In this document: piece by piece, positions 40,155 to 50,242 of the stretch
How the letters are laid out: each line of letters begins with the position of its first letter
Position numbering within the stretch: the first letter of the stretch is position 1
From: an uncultured Acidobacteriaceae bacterium
Lineage (GTDB): Bacteria; Acidobacteriota; Terriglobia; Terriglobales; Acidobacteriaceae
NCBI GenBank assembly: GCA_963781635.1
Contig: CAWAFZ010000020.1
Location: forward strand, 128,688 to 192,687
Length of the DNA stretch: 64,000 nt
Reading direction: 5' to 3'
Notes under the pieces: generated by a model
The model's input: only the letters and a program-made list of their open reading frames with translations
Told to the model about the DNA's origin: nothing
The model's database searches: none
Program-made: the position numbers and the translations under genes

Positions 40155-40526
40155 ATGTCCAAAAAAATCCTTGTGGTTGACGACTCCCGAACGGCCCTGA
40201 TGATGGAGCGCGAGATTCTGGAAAAGCGCACCAGCTACCAATGTGTGACCGCGAGCGACGGCCGGGAAGCGGTGGAGAAGGCGCAACAGGAGCGTCCCGA
40301 CCTTGTCTTGATGGATGTAGTAATGCCCAACATGAACGGCTTCGAGGCCTGCAAGATGATGCGCCAGCAGCCCAGCACGCGCGAGATTCCGATCGTTTTG
40401 GTCACTACACGCGGAGAGGAATCTTACATGGAGGCCGGCTTCCAGAGCGGATGCAATGACTACATCACCAAGCCGGTGAATGGCGCCGAGTTGGTTGCGC
40501 TGGTACAGAGCTACCTCGGCGAATAG
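40155..40526 (+). CDS. cheY: CheY-like single-domain response regulator
   Basis: ILVVDDS..LVLMDVVMPNMNG..ITKP, 123 aa, first gene of the che cluster. Confidence 0.85.
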   Translation: MSKKILVVDDSRTALMMEREILEKRTSYQCVTASDGREAVEKAQQERPDLVLMDVVMPNMNGFEACKMMRQQPSTREIPIVLVTTRGEESYMEAGFQSGCNDYITKPVNGAELVALVQSYLGE

Positions 40527-40567
40527 CGGCGCAGTGATCGGAATTGCAATTCGGGTAAGACACCTTC

Positions 40568-41116
40568 ATGAGAACTGAAAAGAGTAATGTACGCGGAGCG
40601 AAGTCGAACGGAATCGACGCGACGAACGACCTGCGCCTGGAAGCAGCCCGTAGGCGGCTGGCCGAAAGCTGTCACCAAGAGGACGCCCTCGAGGGCCTGC
40701 GCGAGATCGTGGCGAATTTTCTCGGCTCCGAAGAATTCGGATTATTCACTGTGGATCGCACACAAGGAGTATTCCGGGCCGCCTGGTCGTTTGGAATCGA
40801 ACTCGATCACTACGACCTCATGCTGGCGCTGGGCGATACGGGAGTTCAACGTGTCATGCGAGGCGAGCCTCACGTGGAAGGTGCGCGCCGCGACGGCCAC
40901 GCTCTCTCGGCTAAAGTAAAGGCGTTTATTCCCATTCGGGAGGCCGGACAAACTATCGCCATCCTTGCCATTCTGCGCTTGCTTCCCCAGAAAATCGCCT
41001 TCGACAGGTCCGACCTCGATCTGTTCAAGCTTCTCTCGGAAGAAGCGGGAAAACCGATCTTCGGCGCAAGCTCTCACTCCAAGTCTGCCGCCGAGGGCTC
41101 AGGAGCAACAGCATGA
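40568..41116 (+). CDS. Hypothetical protein (GAF-like by eye), translationally coupled to cheD
   Basis: 182-aa ORF whose stop overlaps the cheD ATG (ATGA at 41113). No CheC/CheX/CheZ signature recognised. Confidence 0.5.
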   Translation: MRTEKSNVRGAKSNGIDATNDLRLEAARRRLAESCHQEDALEGLREIVANFLGSEEFGLFTVDRTQGVFRAAWSFGIELDHYDLMLALGDTGVQRVMRGEPHVEGARRDGHALSAKVKAFIPIREAGQTIAILAILRLLPQKIAFDRSDLDLFKLLSEEAGKPIFGASSHSKSAAEGSGATA

Positions 41117-41646
41117 GAGAGGCTCCCCCGAAATTCAATCCGGCGGTTCTACCCACGGAGTTCATGAAAAGCTTCCAGCCCGCGGACTCCAAAGAGACGC
41201 GCCACTTCCTTTATCCAGGGCAGGTTTTCGTAACGCGCAATCCCATCACTATTTCCACCATACTCGGCTCCTGCGCCGCCATCTGCCTATGGGACAAGCA
41301 CCGAAGAGCCGGAGGCATGAATCACTACCTTTTGCCCGAGGGAATGGATGAAGGCCCCAACCGTCTGCGCTACGGCAACGTGGCGAACCCCGAATTATTG
41401 AAACAGGTTCTGGCCCTGGGGTGTGAAATCCGGAATTTGCAGGCCAAGATTTTTGGGGGCTCCAGCGCCTTTGCCGTTGACCTGTCGCAATCGCTAGGCG
41501 CCAAAAACGTTGCATTGGCCGAAAGTTTTCTGCGCTCCGCGGGCATTCCAGTTTTAGAGAGAGAAGTTTCCGGCAAGCATGGCAGGAGATTGGTATTTCA
41601 AATCTCCGATGGCTCAACCTCGACCAAAAATTTCGAGCAGCTATAG
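41113..41646 (+). CDS. cheD: Chemoreceptor glutamine deamidase CheD
   Basis: LYPGQVFVTRNPITISTILGSCAAICLWD..GGMNHYLLP is the typical CheD pattern. Confidence 0.85.
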   Translation: MREAPPKFNPAVLPTEFMKSFQPADSKETRHFLYPGQVFVTRNPITISTILGSCAAICLWDKHRRAGGMNHYLLPEGMDEGPNRLRYGNVANPELLKQVLALGCEIRNLQAKIFGGSSAFAVDLSQSLGAKNVALAESFLRSAGIPVLEREVSGKHGRRLVFQISDGSTSTKNFEQL

Positions 41647-41663
41647 AAGGAGGGAGGAACAAA

Positions 41664-43325
41664 GTGGATCTAACGGACTTCGACCATAATGCCGTATTCG
41701 CCTCGTTTCTCGCCGAGTCGGAGGAAGGCCTCGAGATGATGGAGCAGGCGTTGCTCCAGATGGAATCGAATCCCTCCGAGCCCGAACTGCTGCACAACAT
41801 CTTCCGCGTGGCTCATAGCCTCAAGGGCAACGCAGCGTCCTTGGAACTGAACGAATTGGCCGGCTTTGCGCATGTGGTAGAGGATCTGCTGGAAGTGTTC
41901 CGCGGACAGATGGTAGTCCCCAGCCCAGAGTTAATTTCGTTGCTGCTGAAGGCCGTGGATGAACTCCGTGAAATGGTCGCAAGCGCGTCCGCTGGACCGC
42001 AGAGCCTTACGGTCGAACAACAAGAGCTCAGAAAAAAGATCGCGGTAGAAGTGGAAAAACGGTCGAAAAGAGTTGTTACCACAGGCGTGGTTTCAGCAGA
42101 CTCCGCGGTAGCCGTTAAGCCCGACGCGCTACCAGCGAATCACCGCACATTGCGCGCAGACGTCGGCAAACTCGACCATATGTTGAATCTGACCGGAGAA
42201 ATCGTGATTGCGCAAGGCCGTCTGCGCCGCCTGATCGAGCGCCTCGATACTGAACCAGGGCGCGAGATCCTTGAAATGCATCGCGAGGCCGAGCGCCTCT
42301 ACATGGAATTGCAAAACGAAGTGATGAGCATTCGCATGGTTCCGGTCGGGCCGCTGTTTCGGCAATTGATCCGCACGGTGCGCGACCTCGCGAAGAGCCA
42401 CGGCAAGTTGGCGCGCCTCGAGGTGGTAGGAGGAGATGTTGAGGTCGATACGACGGTGCTTGAGCAGTTAAAAGATCCCCTGCTCCATCTAGTGCGCAAT
42501 GCCATCGATCACGGTTTGGAAACGCCGGCCGTGCGCCAAAGCCAGGGCAAGAATCCCTGTGGAGTGATTCGCCTGACGGCAGCACACAGCGGCGGCAACA
42601 TTATCGTGAAGATGCAGGACGACGGAGCTGGTTTCGATCGAAAACGAATTCTCGAAAAAGCCCGGCGTCTCGGACTTTGGTCCGGCAAAGACGAGCTTCG
42701 CGACCGGGACGTTTGCGATCTGGTGCTTCAGCCGGGCTTCTCCACAGCGGAATCGGTCACCGATCTTTCCGGACGCGGCGTCGGTCTCGACGTCGTCCGG
42801 CGCAACATCGATAGCATTCGCGGCACGGTCGAGATCTCCAGCACGGCCGGCAAAGGCAGCACAGTCACCATCCGCTTGCCTTTGACACTTGCCATCATTG
42901 AAGGGTTTCAGGTAAGAGTCGGCGCCGAAACTTTTGTCGTTCCCCTGGAACACGTGACCGAGTGTATGGAATTGCCGGCTCAACCAGAAGGAGATTCGCG
43001 AAACCAGGAGACTAGCGGATTCCTCAGTCTGCGCGGTGCGGCATTACCTTACGTCCGTTTGCGCCGTGTCTTCAGCCTCCCTGGGCAGCCGGCGAAGAGA
43101 GAAAACATTGTAGTGGTGAAGATCAACGAGTTTCACGCGGGTATCGCTGTGGACGAATTGCTCGGTGGCATGCAGACAGTTGTGAAGCCGCTGGGTCGCG
43201 CGCTTCGGTCAGTACCTGGGATTGCGGGTTCTACCGTGCTCGGGGACGGGCGCGTGGGTTTGATCCTCGACGTACCGGGACTCTTGCGTGGAGTCATGCA
43301 CTCTGCTCTGCAAGCTCAAGCTTAA
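41664..43325 (+). CDS. cheA: Chemotaxis histidine kinase CheA
   Basis: Hpt motif FRVAHSLKGNAASL, HATPase motifs (HLVRNAIDHG, DDGAGF, GRGVGLDVV) and a CheW-like C-terminus. GTG start with a GGAGGGAGG RBS. Confidence 0.9.
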   Translation: MDLTDFDHNAVFASFLAESEEGLEMMEQALLQMESNPSEPELLHNIFRVAHSLKGNAASLELNELAGFAHVVEDLLEVFRGQMVVPSPELISLLLKAVDELREMVASASAGPQSLTVEQQELRKKIAVEVEKRSKRVVTTGVVSADSAVAVKPDALPANHRTLRADVGKLDHMLNLTGEIVIAQGRLRRLIERLDTEPGREILEMHREAERLYMELQNEVMSIRMVPVGPLFRQLIRTVRDLAKSHGKLARLEVVGGDVEVDTTVLEQLKDPLLHLVRNAIDHGLETPAVRQSQGKNPCGVIRLTAAHSGGNIIVKMQDDGAGFDRKRILEKARRLGLWSGKDELRDRDVCDLVLQPGFSTAESVTDLSGRGVGLDVVRRNIDSIRGTVEISSTAGKGSTVTIRLPLTLAIIEGFQVRVGAETFVVPLEHVTECMELPAQPEGDSRNQETSGFLSLRGAALPYVRLRRVFSLPGQPAKRENIVVVKINEFHAGIAVDELLGGMQTVVKPLGRALRSVPGIAGSTVLGDGRVGLILDVPGLLRGVMHSALQAQA

Positions 43326-43393
43326 AGACATCACTTTAGAAATAAGGTTGGAAAAAGTTCGAAACAAGCAAGCATCTGGAAAGGTGAAGCAAG

Positions 43394-45040
43394 ATGAAAA
43401 ACTGGCAAGATCGAAAAATCGGCACGCGGCTTGGGGTCGTGTTTGGCGCACTCCTGCTGTGTGTAATCGCGGTAAGCGGTCTGGGGCTGAGCTGGCTTGG
43501 CCATCTGAACTCCAGCATGTCGACTACGTTGCAGAAGCGTTACAACACGGTCGAGCTGACTCACCAGACGATCGAAAACTCAATCACCAACGCCCGCATC
43601 ACGCTGCAATTGTTCGAGACCGCTGATCCGGAAGAAGAGAAAAAGCTGAACGCGCAGAACGAAGCCATCAGCCACGAGATCAGCGCGCAAATCGCCGAGA
43701 TCGAAAAGAGCCTCAGCTCTGCTCAGGAGCGCGAGCAGTTTGAAGTGGTCAGCCAAAACCGGCAGGCGTACATCTCGGCCCGGCAACAAGCCAAAAAATT
43801 GCTGGGAGATAAGAAGCGGGATCAGGCACAGGCCGTCTTGAGTGGAGAAGTCATTCCGGCCCTCGATAAATATCGCGCTTCGTGGCAAAAGTTCATCGAT
43901 ATGCAAACCTCCGCGGTGCAACAGAGCATGAAGGAGAGCCAGGAAGTTTACATCTTTGGACGGCGCGTCGCATGGCTGCTGTTAGCCATCACTCTGGTGC
44001 TCGGCACCTTCGCCGCGATCAGCGTTACCCGAAGTATCACCATCCCTATCGGGCAGGCCGTCGAGCACGCGCAGCGTATCGCAAGCGGCGATCTCACCCG
44101 AAACATTCAGGTGACCAATCATTCCGAGACAGGGCAATTGCAGCAAGCCATGCAAGAGATGAGCAGCCGGCTTTCGGGAATCATTCGCGATGTTCGCGAA
44201 GGCTCTGTGGCGGTTGCGTCCGCGGCGCAGCAGGTCTCTTCTTCTTCGCAGAGTCTTTCGCAGGGAACTAGTGAACAGGCTGCATCAGTCGAGGAGATGA
44301 GCTCCAGCCTGGAGCAGATGAATGCTTCCATCACTCAGAACGCCGACAACAGCCGTCAAGTGGAACAGGCCGCAGCGAAAGGGGCCGGGGCGGCCGAAGA
44401 GAGTGGTGAGGCGGTTCAACAGACGGTCGAAGCCATGAAACAGATTGCCGCCAAGACGTCTGTGATCGAAGAGATCGCATATCAAACCAACCTGCTTGCG
44501 CTCAACGCGGCCATCGAGGCGGCGCGCGCTGGCGATCAAGGGCGCGGTTTTGCAGTGGTCGCGGTCGAAGTCCGCAAGCTGGCCGAGCGCAGCCAGGTCG
44601 CGGCGCAGGAAATTGGTGGGCTCGCGGCAAAGAGCGTCGGCGTGGCAGAACGCTCCGGTCAATTGCTGGCGGATCTCGTCCCTTCAATCAAGAAAACAGC
44701 CGAATTGGTGCAGGATGTGGCTGCCGCGTCGACGGAACAATCCGGCGGTGTAACGCAGATCAATCAAGCCATGGCCCAAGTGGACACGGTCACGCAGCGT
44801 AACGCGTCATCGGCAGAAGAACTCTCGAGCACCGCCGAAGAACTCGCAGCACAGTCCGAGCAATTACAACAGTTGATGACCTTCTTTCGCGTGGCCCAGG
44901 AAACGAATCGCAATGCAGAGGGCCAGAACCGCGTGATCATGCCCCTCAACCCTACGTTCAAAAACGATTTCGCGCGCCATGCTCCCAGTCAAACGGTCGC
45001 CGGCAAAAAGGCAGAAGAAGCTAACTTCGCTCCTTTTTGA
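43394..45040 (+). CDS. Methyl-accepting chemotaxis protein (4-helix-bundle sensor, HAMP, signalling domain)
   Basis: Two TM helices flank a helical sensor. The highly conserved hairpin sequence [42 protein letters not shown] is present. Confidence 0.9.
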   Translation: MKNWQDRKIGTRLGVVFGALLLCVIAVSGLGLSWLGHLNSSMSTTLQKRYNTVELTHQTIENSITNARITLQLFETADPEEEKKLNAQNEAISHEISAQIAEIEKSLSSAQEREQFEVVSQNRQAYISARQQAKKLLGDKKRDQAQAVLSGEVIPALDKYRASWQKFIDMQTSAVQQSMKESQEVYIFGRRVAWLLLAITLVLGTFAAISVTRSITIPIGQAVEHAQRIASGDLTRNIQVTNHSETGQLQQAMQEMSSRLSGIIRDVREGSVAVASAAQQVSSSSQSLSQGTSEQAASVEEMSSSLEQMNASITQNADNSRQVEQAAAKGAGAAEESGEAVQQTVEAMKQIAAKTSVIEEIAYQTNLLALNAAIEAARAGDQGRGFAVVAVEVRKLAERSQVAAQEIGGLAAKSVGVAERSGQLLADLVPSIKKTAELVQDVAAASTEQSGGVTQINQAMAQVDTVTQRNASSAEELSSTAEELAAQSEQLQQLMTFFRVAQETNRNAEGQNRVIMPLNPTFKNDFARHAPSQTVAGKKAEEANFAPF

Positions 45041-45087
45041 TCGTCCGTTGCGCGGACTAAGACTGCGAGATAGAGAGGAGCGAAATC

Positions 45088-45687
45088 ATGCAAGTGTCGG
45101 GCCAAGTTTCTGAACGCGGGAAGAAACAACTTTCTGCCAGCAAGGTGCAGTACCTCACCTTCTTCACTGCTGGTGGGGAGTATGCCATCAGCATCGTGAA
45201 GGTAAGCGAGATCGTCGAGTTTGACGCTGTCACGGTCGTGCCGAACACGCCGGTCTGGATTCACGGCGTCACGAATCTGCGTGGCAGAGTTGTCCCGGTA
45301 GTCGATCTGGCGGTAAAGTTCGGATTACCGGCGAGCCGCATTTCCAAGTACTCCTGCATCATCATCACCGAAGTTGTGTTCGAGGGCGAGAGCGTGACCA
45401 TGGGAGTGCTGGCCGACTCGGTGAGCCAGGTCATCGATTTGTCGGCAGACGAAATCGCAGCGACTCCTCCCTTCGGCACGCGTGTTAAGACCGAATATCT
45501 TCTTGGCATGGGAGCAGTTGGTAACAAATTTTGCCTGATTCTTGACATCGACAAGGTGCTCTCTGCGGATGAATTTCTCGCGGTCACGGAATCGGCAGCC
45601 GACCAAGGGCCTGCGGTCGAAGCCCCCCAAGAAGTTTTGGAAAAAGACGCGCAGAAAAAAGAAGCGCGCTTCGAGGCGGGAGCATAG
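45088..45687 (+). CDS. cheW: CheW coupling protein with a charged C-terminal tail
   Basis: YLTFFTAGGEYAISIVKVSEIVEF..VWIHGVTNLRGRVVPVVDL. Confidence 0.85.
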   Translation: MQVSGQVSERGKKQLSASKVQYLTFFTAGGEYAISIVKVSEIVEFDAVTVVPNTPVWIHGVTNLRGRVVPVVDLAVKFGLPASRISKYSCIIITEVVFEGESVTMGVLADSVSQVIDLSADEIAATPPFGTRVKTEYLLGMGAVGNKFCLILDIDKVLSADEFLAVTESAADQGPAVEAPQEVLEKDAQKKEARFEAGA

Positions 45688-45689
45688 AC

Positions 45690-46616
45690 GTGCCCGCGGG
45701 AAGCGCTGCCGCATCCAACTCAGCCAAGTCCCGCCCGCGTGAGGTATCTGTGGAGCCGACCCCGCAGCTGGCGGTGAGTCCTGCGCTTTTCCAGAAATTT
45801 CAGACACTCATCTACTCCGAAACCGGCATCTGGCTTAGCACTGCGAAGACCGCGCTGCTGTGCGGTCGCCTCTTCCGCCGCCTTCGTTCGCTCGACATCA
45901 CTTCCCTGGAAAGCTATTACCAGCTTGTCTCCCGGCCCGATCAGCAGGACGAACGCTCCCGGATGATCGATGCCATCACGACCAATGAAACCCGCTTCTT
46001 CCGCGAGCCTCGCCAGTTTCAGTTTCTTTTGCAAAACCTTTTTCCGCAGTGGCGGGCACAAGCAGAAGCTCGCTCGCGCGCGAAGAAAATCCGGATCTGG
46101 AGTGCGGGATGCTCCTCCGGTGAGGAACCCTACACAATAGCCATGCTGCTGGCCAGGCATCTTCCCGCGGCGGAGGGCTGGGATGTTCGGCTTCTTGCTT
46201 CCGACATCTCCAATCGCGTTTTGGAAAAGGCACAACGCGGAATTTATCCCATCGCCAGGGCCGGCGAACTACCCACGGATTTGCTACACAGCTCTATGTT
46301 GCGCGGGCTGGCGGAGCGCGAAGGCGAGATGAAAGTGAAGGTCGAAATCCAGCAGATGATCGACTTTCGCAGACTGAATCTGGACCAGGATTATGACCTG
46401 ATCGATAGCCCATTCGACGCCATTTTCTGCCGCAACGTCCTGATTTATTTCGACGCAGCTTCTAAGCGCAGAGTAGTGGGGCGCCTGGTCCGCCACCTCG
46501 CAGCCGACGGCTACTTGTTCGTGGGCCATGCCGAGAACCTGAACAACTTTTCTACACAGCTGCGCAGCCTGGAGCCGACCATCTACGCGAAAACTGGCGA
46601 AAAGGAAGTCCGGTGA
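45690..46616 (+). CDS. cheR: Chemotaxis protein methyltransferase CheR
   Basis: TNETRFFREP, IWSAGCSSGEEPYTIAM and IFCRNVLIYFD motifs. Confidence 0.9.
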   Translation: MPAGSAAASNSAKSRPREVSVEPTPQLAVSPALFQKFQTLIYSETGIWLSTAKTALLCGRLFRRLRSLDITSLESYYQLVSRPDQQDERSRMIDAITTNETRFFREPRQFQFLLQNLFPQWRAQAEARSRAKKIRIWSAGCSSGEEPYTIAMLLARHLPAAEGWDVRLLASDISNRVLEKAQRGIYPIARAGELPTDLLHSSMLRGLAEREGEMKVKVEIQQMIDFRRLNLDQDYDLIDSPFDAIFCRNVLIYFDAASKRRVVGRLVRHLAADGYLFVGHAENLNNFSTQLRSLEPTIYAKTGEKEVR

Positions 46617-47740
46617 CAAAAAACGTGATGAACAAGAATAATGAGGACGGCAAGCGCATTGTCATAAAAAATGACTTGCACGTGCTGGTTGTGGACGACT
46701 CGGCAATGGTCCGCCAGGTGATGCAGGCCATCCTCGGGACCGACCGAAGAATTGTCGTGAAGGCCGCCGCGGATCCACTGATTGCATGGGGAAAAATGCA
46801 ACGGGAAACTTTCGACGTCGTTATCACCGACCTCGAAATGCCCCGCATGAACGGCCTGCCCTTCATCCAAAAAATCATGACCGAGATGCCTACGCCGGTT
46901 GTGGTTTGCTCCGGCCTGGCAGCGGGCGGCACAGAACTGGCGCTGCGTGCGCTCGAACAAGGGGCCGTCGAAGTAATCACGAAGCCCAAGGTCGGAGTGC
47001 GCGAGTTCCTGCACGAATCGGCGGTGACTCTTCTGGATGCAGTGTGGAGCGCCTCGCAGGCCAAGATCAGACGAACGGTGGCGAAGTTAGAGATTATTCC
47101 TCGCCTTACGGCGGACGCTGTGCTGTCCCGTATCAGCACGCCACATCCCAGAGAAACTCCCAACAGAGTTATTGCTGTAGGTGCTTCGACTGGTGGAACC
47201 GAAGCGCTGCGAGTTTTTCTCGCCGCGCTGCCCACCGACTGTCCACCGGTGGTGATTGTGCAGCATATGCCTGAAGGTTTTACCAAGGCTTTCGGGGAAC
47301 GCTTGAATCGCGAGTGCGGCATCGATGTGCAAGAGGCCCGTGATGGCGACCGGTTGCAAACCGGCAAGGCCCTGATCGCGCCGGGCAACCGGCATATGCT
47401 TGTCCATCGCAATGGGGAAGAACTGTCTGTTCAGATCATCGACGGGCCGCTGGTCTCGCGCCATCGTCCCAGCGTGGACGTACTGTTTCGGTCGATGGCT
47501 ATCTGCGTCGGCTCTAAAGCGGTTGGCATCATCATGACAGGCATGGGCGATGACGGCGCCGAGGGCTTGCTGGAGATGAAGCAAGCGGGCGCCACGACGA
47601 TCGCACAAGACGAAGCCAGTTGCATCGTGTTCGGCATGCCCAAAGAAGCGATTTCTCGCGGGGCCGTGAGTGTGGTTGCGCCTTTAGAGCATATCGCCGC
47701 CGTAGCCCTGAACCAGGCCGGCAAGGGAGCGGCGGGATAA
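46613..47740 (+). CDS. cheB: Protein-glutamate methylesterase CheB (REC plus methylesterase)
   Basis: VLVVDDSAMVR..VITDLEMPRMNG, then IAVGASTGGTEAL, VIVQHMP and GMGDDGA. Confidence 0.9.
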   Translation: MTKNVMNKNNEDGKRIVIKNDLHVLVVDDSAMVRQVMQAILGTDRRIVVKAAADPLIAWGKMQRETFDVVITDLEMPRMNGLPFIQKIMTEMPTPVVVCSGLAAGGTELALRALEQGAVEVITKPKVGVREFLHESAVTLLDAVWSASQAKIRRTVAKLEIIPRLTADAVLSRISTPHPRETPNRVIAVGASTGGTEALRVFLAALPTDCPPVVIVQHMPEGFTKAFGERLNRECGIDVQEARDGDRLQTGKALIAPGNRHMLVHRNGEELSVQIIDGPLVSRHRPSVDVLFRSMAICVGSKAVGIIMTGMGDDGAEGLLEMKQAGATTIAQDEASCIVFGMPKEAISRGAVSVVAPLEHIAAVALNQAGKGAAG

Positions 47741-47767
47741 GAGAGACCTTTTAAACGCCTGACCGGC

Positions 47768-47929
47768 CTACTGGCGCCAACCCAGGAATTCGTCGCGTCC
47801 TCCGAAAATCTCGTGCAGCAGACCCACGATCCGCTGCTTTAGGCTTAGGGGTTGAGCTTGGTGCGTTTCGGTGGCTTCGTTTTTTTCTTCAACTTTTGGA
47901 TCAAGAGCGGGTGCGGCGCCAGTAGCCAT
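47768..47929 (-). CDS. Small hypothetical protein (53 aa)
   Basis: The ATG at 47929 has an AGAGGA RBS about 8 nt upstream. Sequence runs MATGAAPALDPKVEEKNEATETHQ..HEIFGGRDEFLGWRQ. No family recognised. Confidence 0.35.
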   Translation of the reverse strand: MATGAAPALDPKVEEKNEATETHQAQPLSLKQRIVGLLHEIFGGRDEFLGWRQ

Positions 47930-48147
47930 GAGTAATTCCTCTTTCGTAGATATCGATTCCTTTTCGGACTGATCGCTGGCGCGCAAGACTAGATCGCGCC
48001 AGTTTTTAGCAAAAGGGAGGTCGGAAGATTCCTAACTGAGCATCGATTTTAAGGATTTTAGAATCCGGATACAGATCACCGATGGCATAGCACCCCCGGG
48101 CTTCGGAGAGCCAAGAGGTTGGAATTCGATGGCTAAGCGGCCCTCGA

Positions 48148-49758
48148 CTATCTGACGAAGCGGCGAAAGAAACTGTCGCTCTTCCACTCTGGTCGGTGCT
48201 TGGCGTCGGCGACTCGTAACGCCAAGGTCTCCAGGATTGCATTGAATTGGGCAGCGCCCGCCAGGTCGACGGGCTGGCTTACATCATCCGAAGGCGCGTG
48301 GTAGCGCTCGGCATACCAGGCCTTGAAAATCTTCTCCTCCGGCCCACCGGGAATGTAACCGAACTTGAAGGCCAGCCCCGGAATACCTCTCTTGATAAAA
48401 CTGTACTGATCGCTACGAATGAAGCGATTGTGCTCGGGTTCTTTATCGGCTTGTACTTGCACATTGGCTTGCTTGGCTATTGCGCGAATGTCATCGCCAA
48501 GTGTAGATTCTGCCAGCCCCTGCACTTCCAGATACTTCAGTGGAAACAGCGGCAGGTACATATCCATGTTGAGGTCAGCGACAATTGCGCCTGAGACAGT
48601 CGGATGCGCGGCAAAATATTGCGAGCCCAACTCACCTTTCTCTTCTCCCGTAACTGCAAGGAAGAGAATTGACCGCTTCGGCTTCGCTCCGGAATCTTTC
48701 AGGACGCGGGCGATCTCGATGAGCGACGCGTCCCCTGACGCATCATCCATGGCGCCGTTGTAGATACGATCACCATTCACCGGTTCCCCGATTCCTAAAT
48801 GGTCGAGATGCGCGCTGATTACGACATATTCTCTCTTGAGCACCATATCGCTTCCCGGCAGGACCCCGACGACGTTCTCGGACTTCACCTCCGACTGAGT
48901 TATCCCCACCCGCGCACGGATCTTCACCGCCAGCGGGAAATGCGGCAGAGGCTTGCCTGCGTTGACGGCTGCAAGAACTTCCTGAAAGCTGTGGCCGCTG
49001 GCGGTAAAGAGCATCTCGGCCTGCACTGGATTAAAAGTAATAACAACTGGCAGCGGCGGTGGCACATCCTGGTCAGGATCGCTTAATTCCATTCTCGGCT
49101 GGAACCGCGAGGCGGCAATCCGCGACCAGGGAACCTCGGCGCTCTTGGGATTCGGAATGGAGATGGTGCCGATCGCTCCCGCCTTCAGAAGTGCTCGAGC
49201 ACGTTCTTCCCGCGAGCCATAGTGGGCTTTGATTGGGCCGGAGATCTCCGCGGGTCCGCCAGTGATAAAAACCACAATCTTGCCCTTTACATCCTGGCCC
49301 GCCAGATCGTCGTAATTCAACTCCGGCACGGTAAGACCGTAGCCGACAAACACAGTAGCAGCTTCCACATTCTCTGCTGCGCGCGAATTAACGTTGAGGA
49401 TGGCATCGCCACCCAGCTCCACCGGCTGCGCTTTTCCGTCGCGCAGCAGCTCGAGAGAACTGTGATCTTCATCGATCCGCATCACGTGAAAGCCCATTGG
49501 CTGACGATAGCCGTCGCTGCCCGCCGGCTGCAGACCCGCGGCGCGGAATTGCTCGGCCATATAGTCAGCGGCCTTTTCGAAGCCGCGGCTCCCGGTATCG
49601 CGACCTTCAAGGCTGTCATCGGCGAGAAACTGAACGTGCGTCCACCAGCGTTGGCCGAGCGCATTCCAATCGGGACTTTGTGCCAACGCGGTGCCGGCAA
49701 ACGTGCCGGCGAAAAGGATGAGCCCAAGGCATACCAGCAGCGGCTTAAGTCGGCGCAT
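48148..49758 (-). CDS. Secreted M28-family aminopeptidase with PA domain
   Basis: The ATG at 49758 has a GGAGG RBS 7 nt upstream. Signal peptide MRRLKPLLVCLGLILFAGTFAGTALA. Zn-ligand regions VISAHLDHLG, GAMDDASG and FLAVTGEEKGELGS. Confidence 0.85.
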   Translation of the reverse strand: MRRLKPLLVCLGLILFAGTFAGTALAQSPDWNALGQRWWTHVQFLADDSLEGRDTGSRGFEKAADYMAEQFRAAGLQPAGSDGYRQPMGFHVMRIDEDHSSLELLRDGKAQPVELGGDAILNVNSRAAENVEAATVFVGYGLTVPELNYDDLAGQDVKGKIVVFITGGPAEISGPIKAHYGSREERARALLKAGAIGTISIPNPKSAEVPWSRIAASRFQPRMELSDPDQDVPPPLPVVITFNPVQAEMLFTASGHSFQEVLAAVNAGKPLPHFPLAVKIRARVGITQSEVKSENVVGVLPGSDMVLKREYVVISAHLDHLGIGEPVNGDRIYNGAMDDASGDASLIEIARVLKDSGAKPKRSILFLAVTGEEKGELGSQYFAAHPTVSGAIVADLNMDMYLPLFPLKYLEVQGLAESTLGDDIRAIAKQANVQVQADKEPEHNRFIRSDQYSFIKRGIPGLAFKFGYIPGGPEEKIFKAWYAERYHAPSDDVSQPVDLAGAAQFNAILETLALRVADAKHRPEWKSDSFFRRFVR

Positions 49759-50032
49759 CCAAAACCTCCATCCTGGGCAGGGATTGATTTTCGCACGACG
49801 GGACGCGAAGACGTTCATCCGGTTTTGTTTGATCGAGTTTGTGAACCTCTCGCTGACCGTGCAGATAGTGATCCGCAGACTCCCTCACTGCGGGAATCCC
49901 TGAAAAACCGCACGTGCAAACCCTTAGCCCGTTGGTGGCATGCCATGGCACGAGCGAGCCATTTACGTATCGGGGGTGTAGGTCTAATCTCGTTCTTGAG
50001 CAGCACTTGGGGGAGGGCTGATCAACGAACGT

Positions 50033-50068
50033 CCCACGACTCAAACGAGTCTGGGGCGTTTTGTTTTG
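50033..50068 (+). terminator. Orphan terminator-like hairpin on the plus strand
   Basis: CCCACGACTC-AAAC-GAGTCTGGG stem followed by GCGTTTTGTTTTG. No annotated plus-strand gene ends here. Confidence 0.4.
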
Positions 50069-50213
50069 CGCGCAAAACGCTCTCGCTATTGGAGCTGGCA
50101 ACCGCCGAAATCTGCATGGACCGATTGGTCAGTCGCTCACCTGACCTAAGCGCCAGGTAACTAGTGGCCGGTGACTAAAGATCACCCTAGTCTTAGGTAA
50201 CTCTCAAAAAGCC

Positions 50214-50242
50214 GTTCGGGTCGTTGACAGGGGGAACCCAGT
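50214..50242 (+). promoter_or_regulatory. Sigma-70-like promoter TTGACA-N17-TAACCT
   Basis: Read directly from the sequence. It would give a ~255-nt leader ahead of the M23 peptidase start at 50507. Confidence 0.45.

Noticed and set aside
49222-50160. 312-aa plus-strand ORF
   Set aside because: It is mostly antisense to the M28 peptidase, which has a clear signal peptide, RBS and Zn-ligand motifs. It has no RBS or family features of its own.
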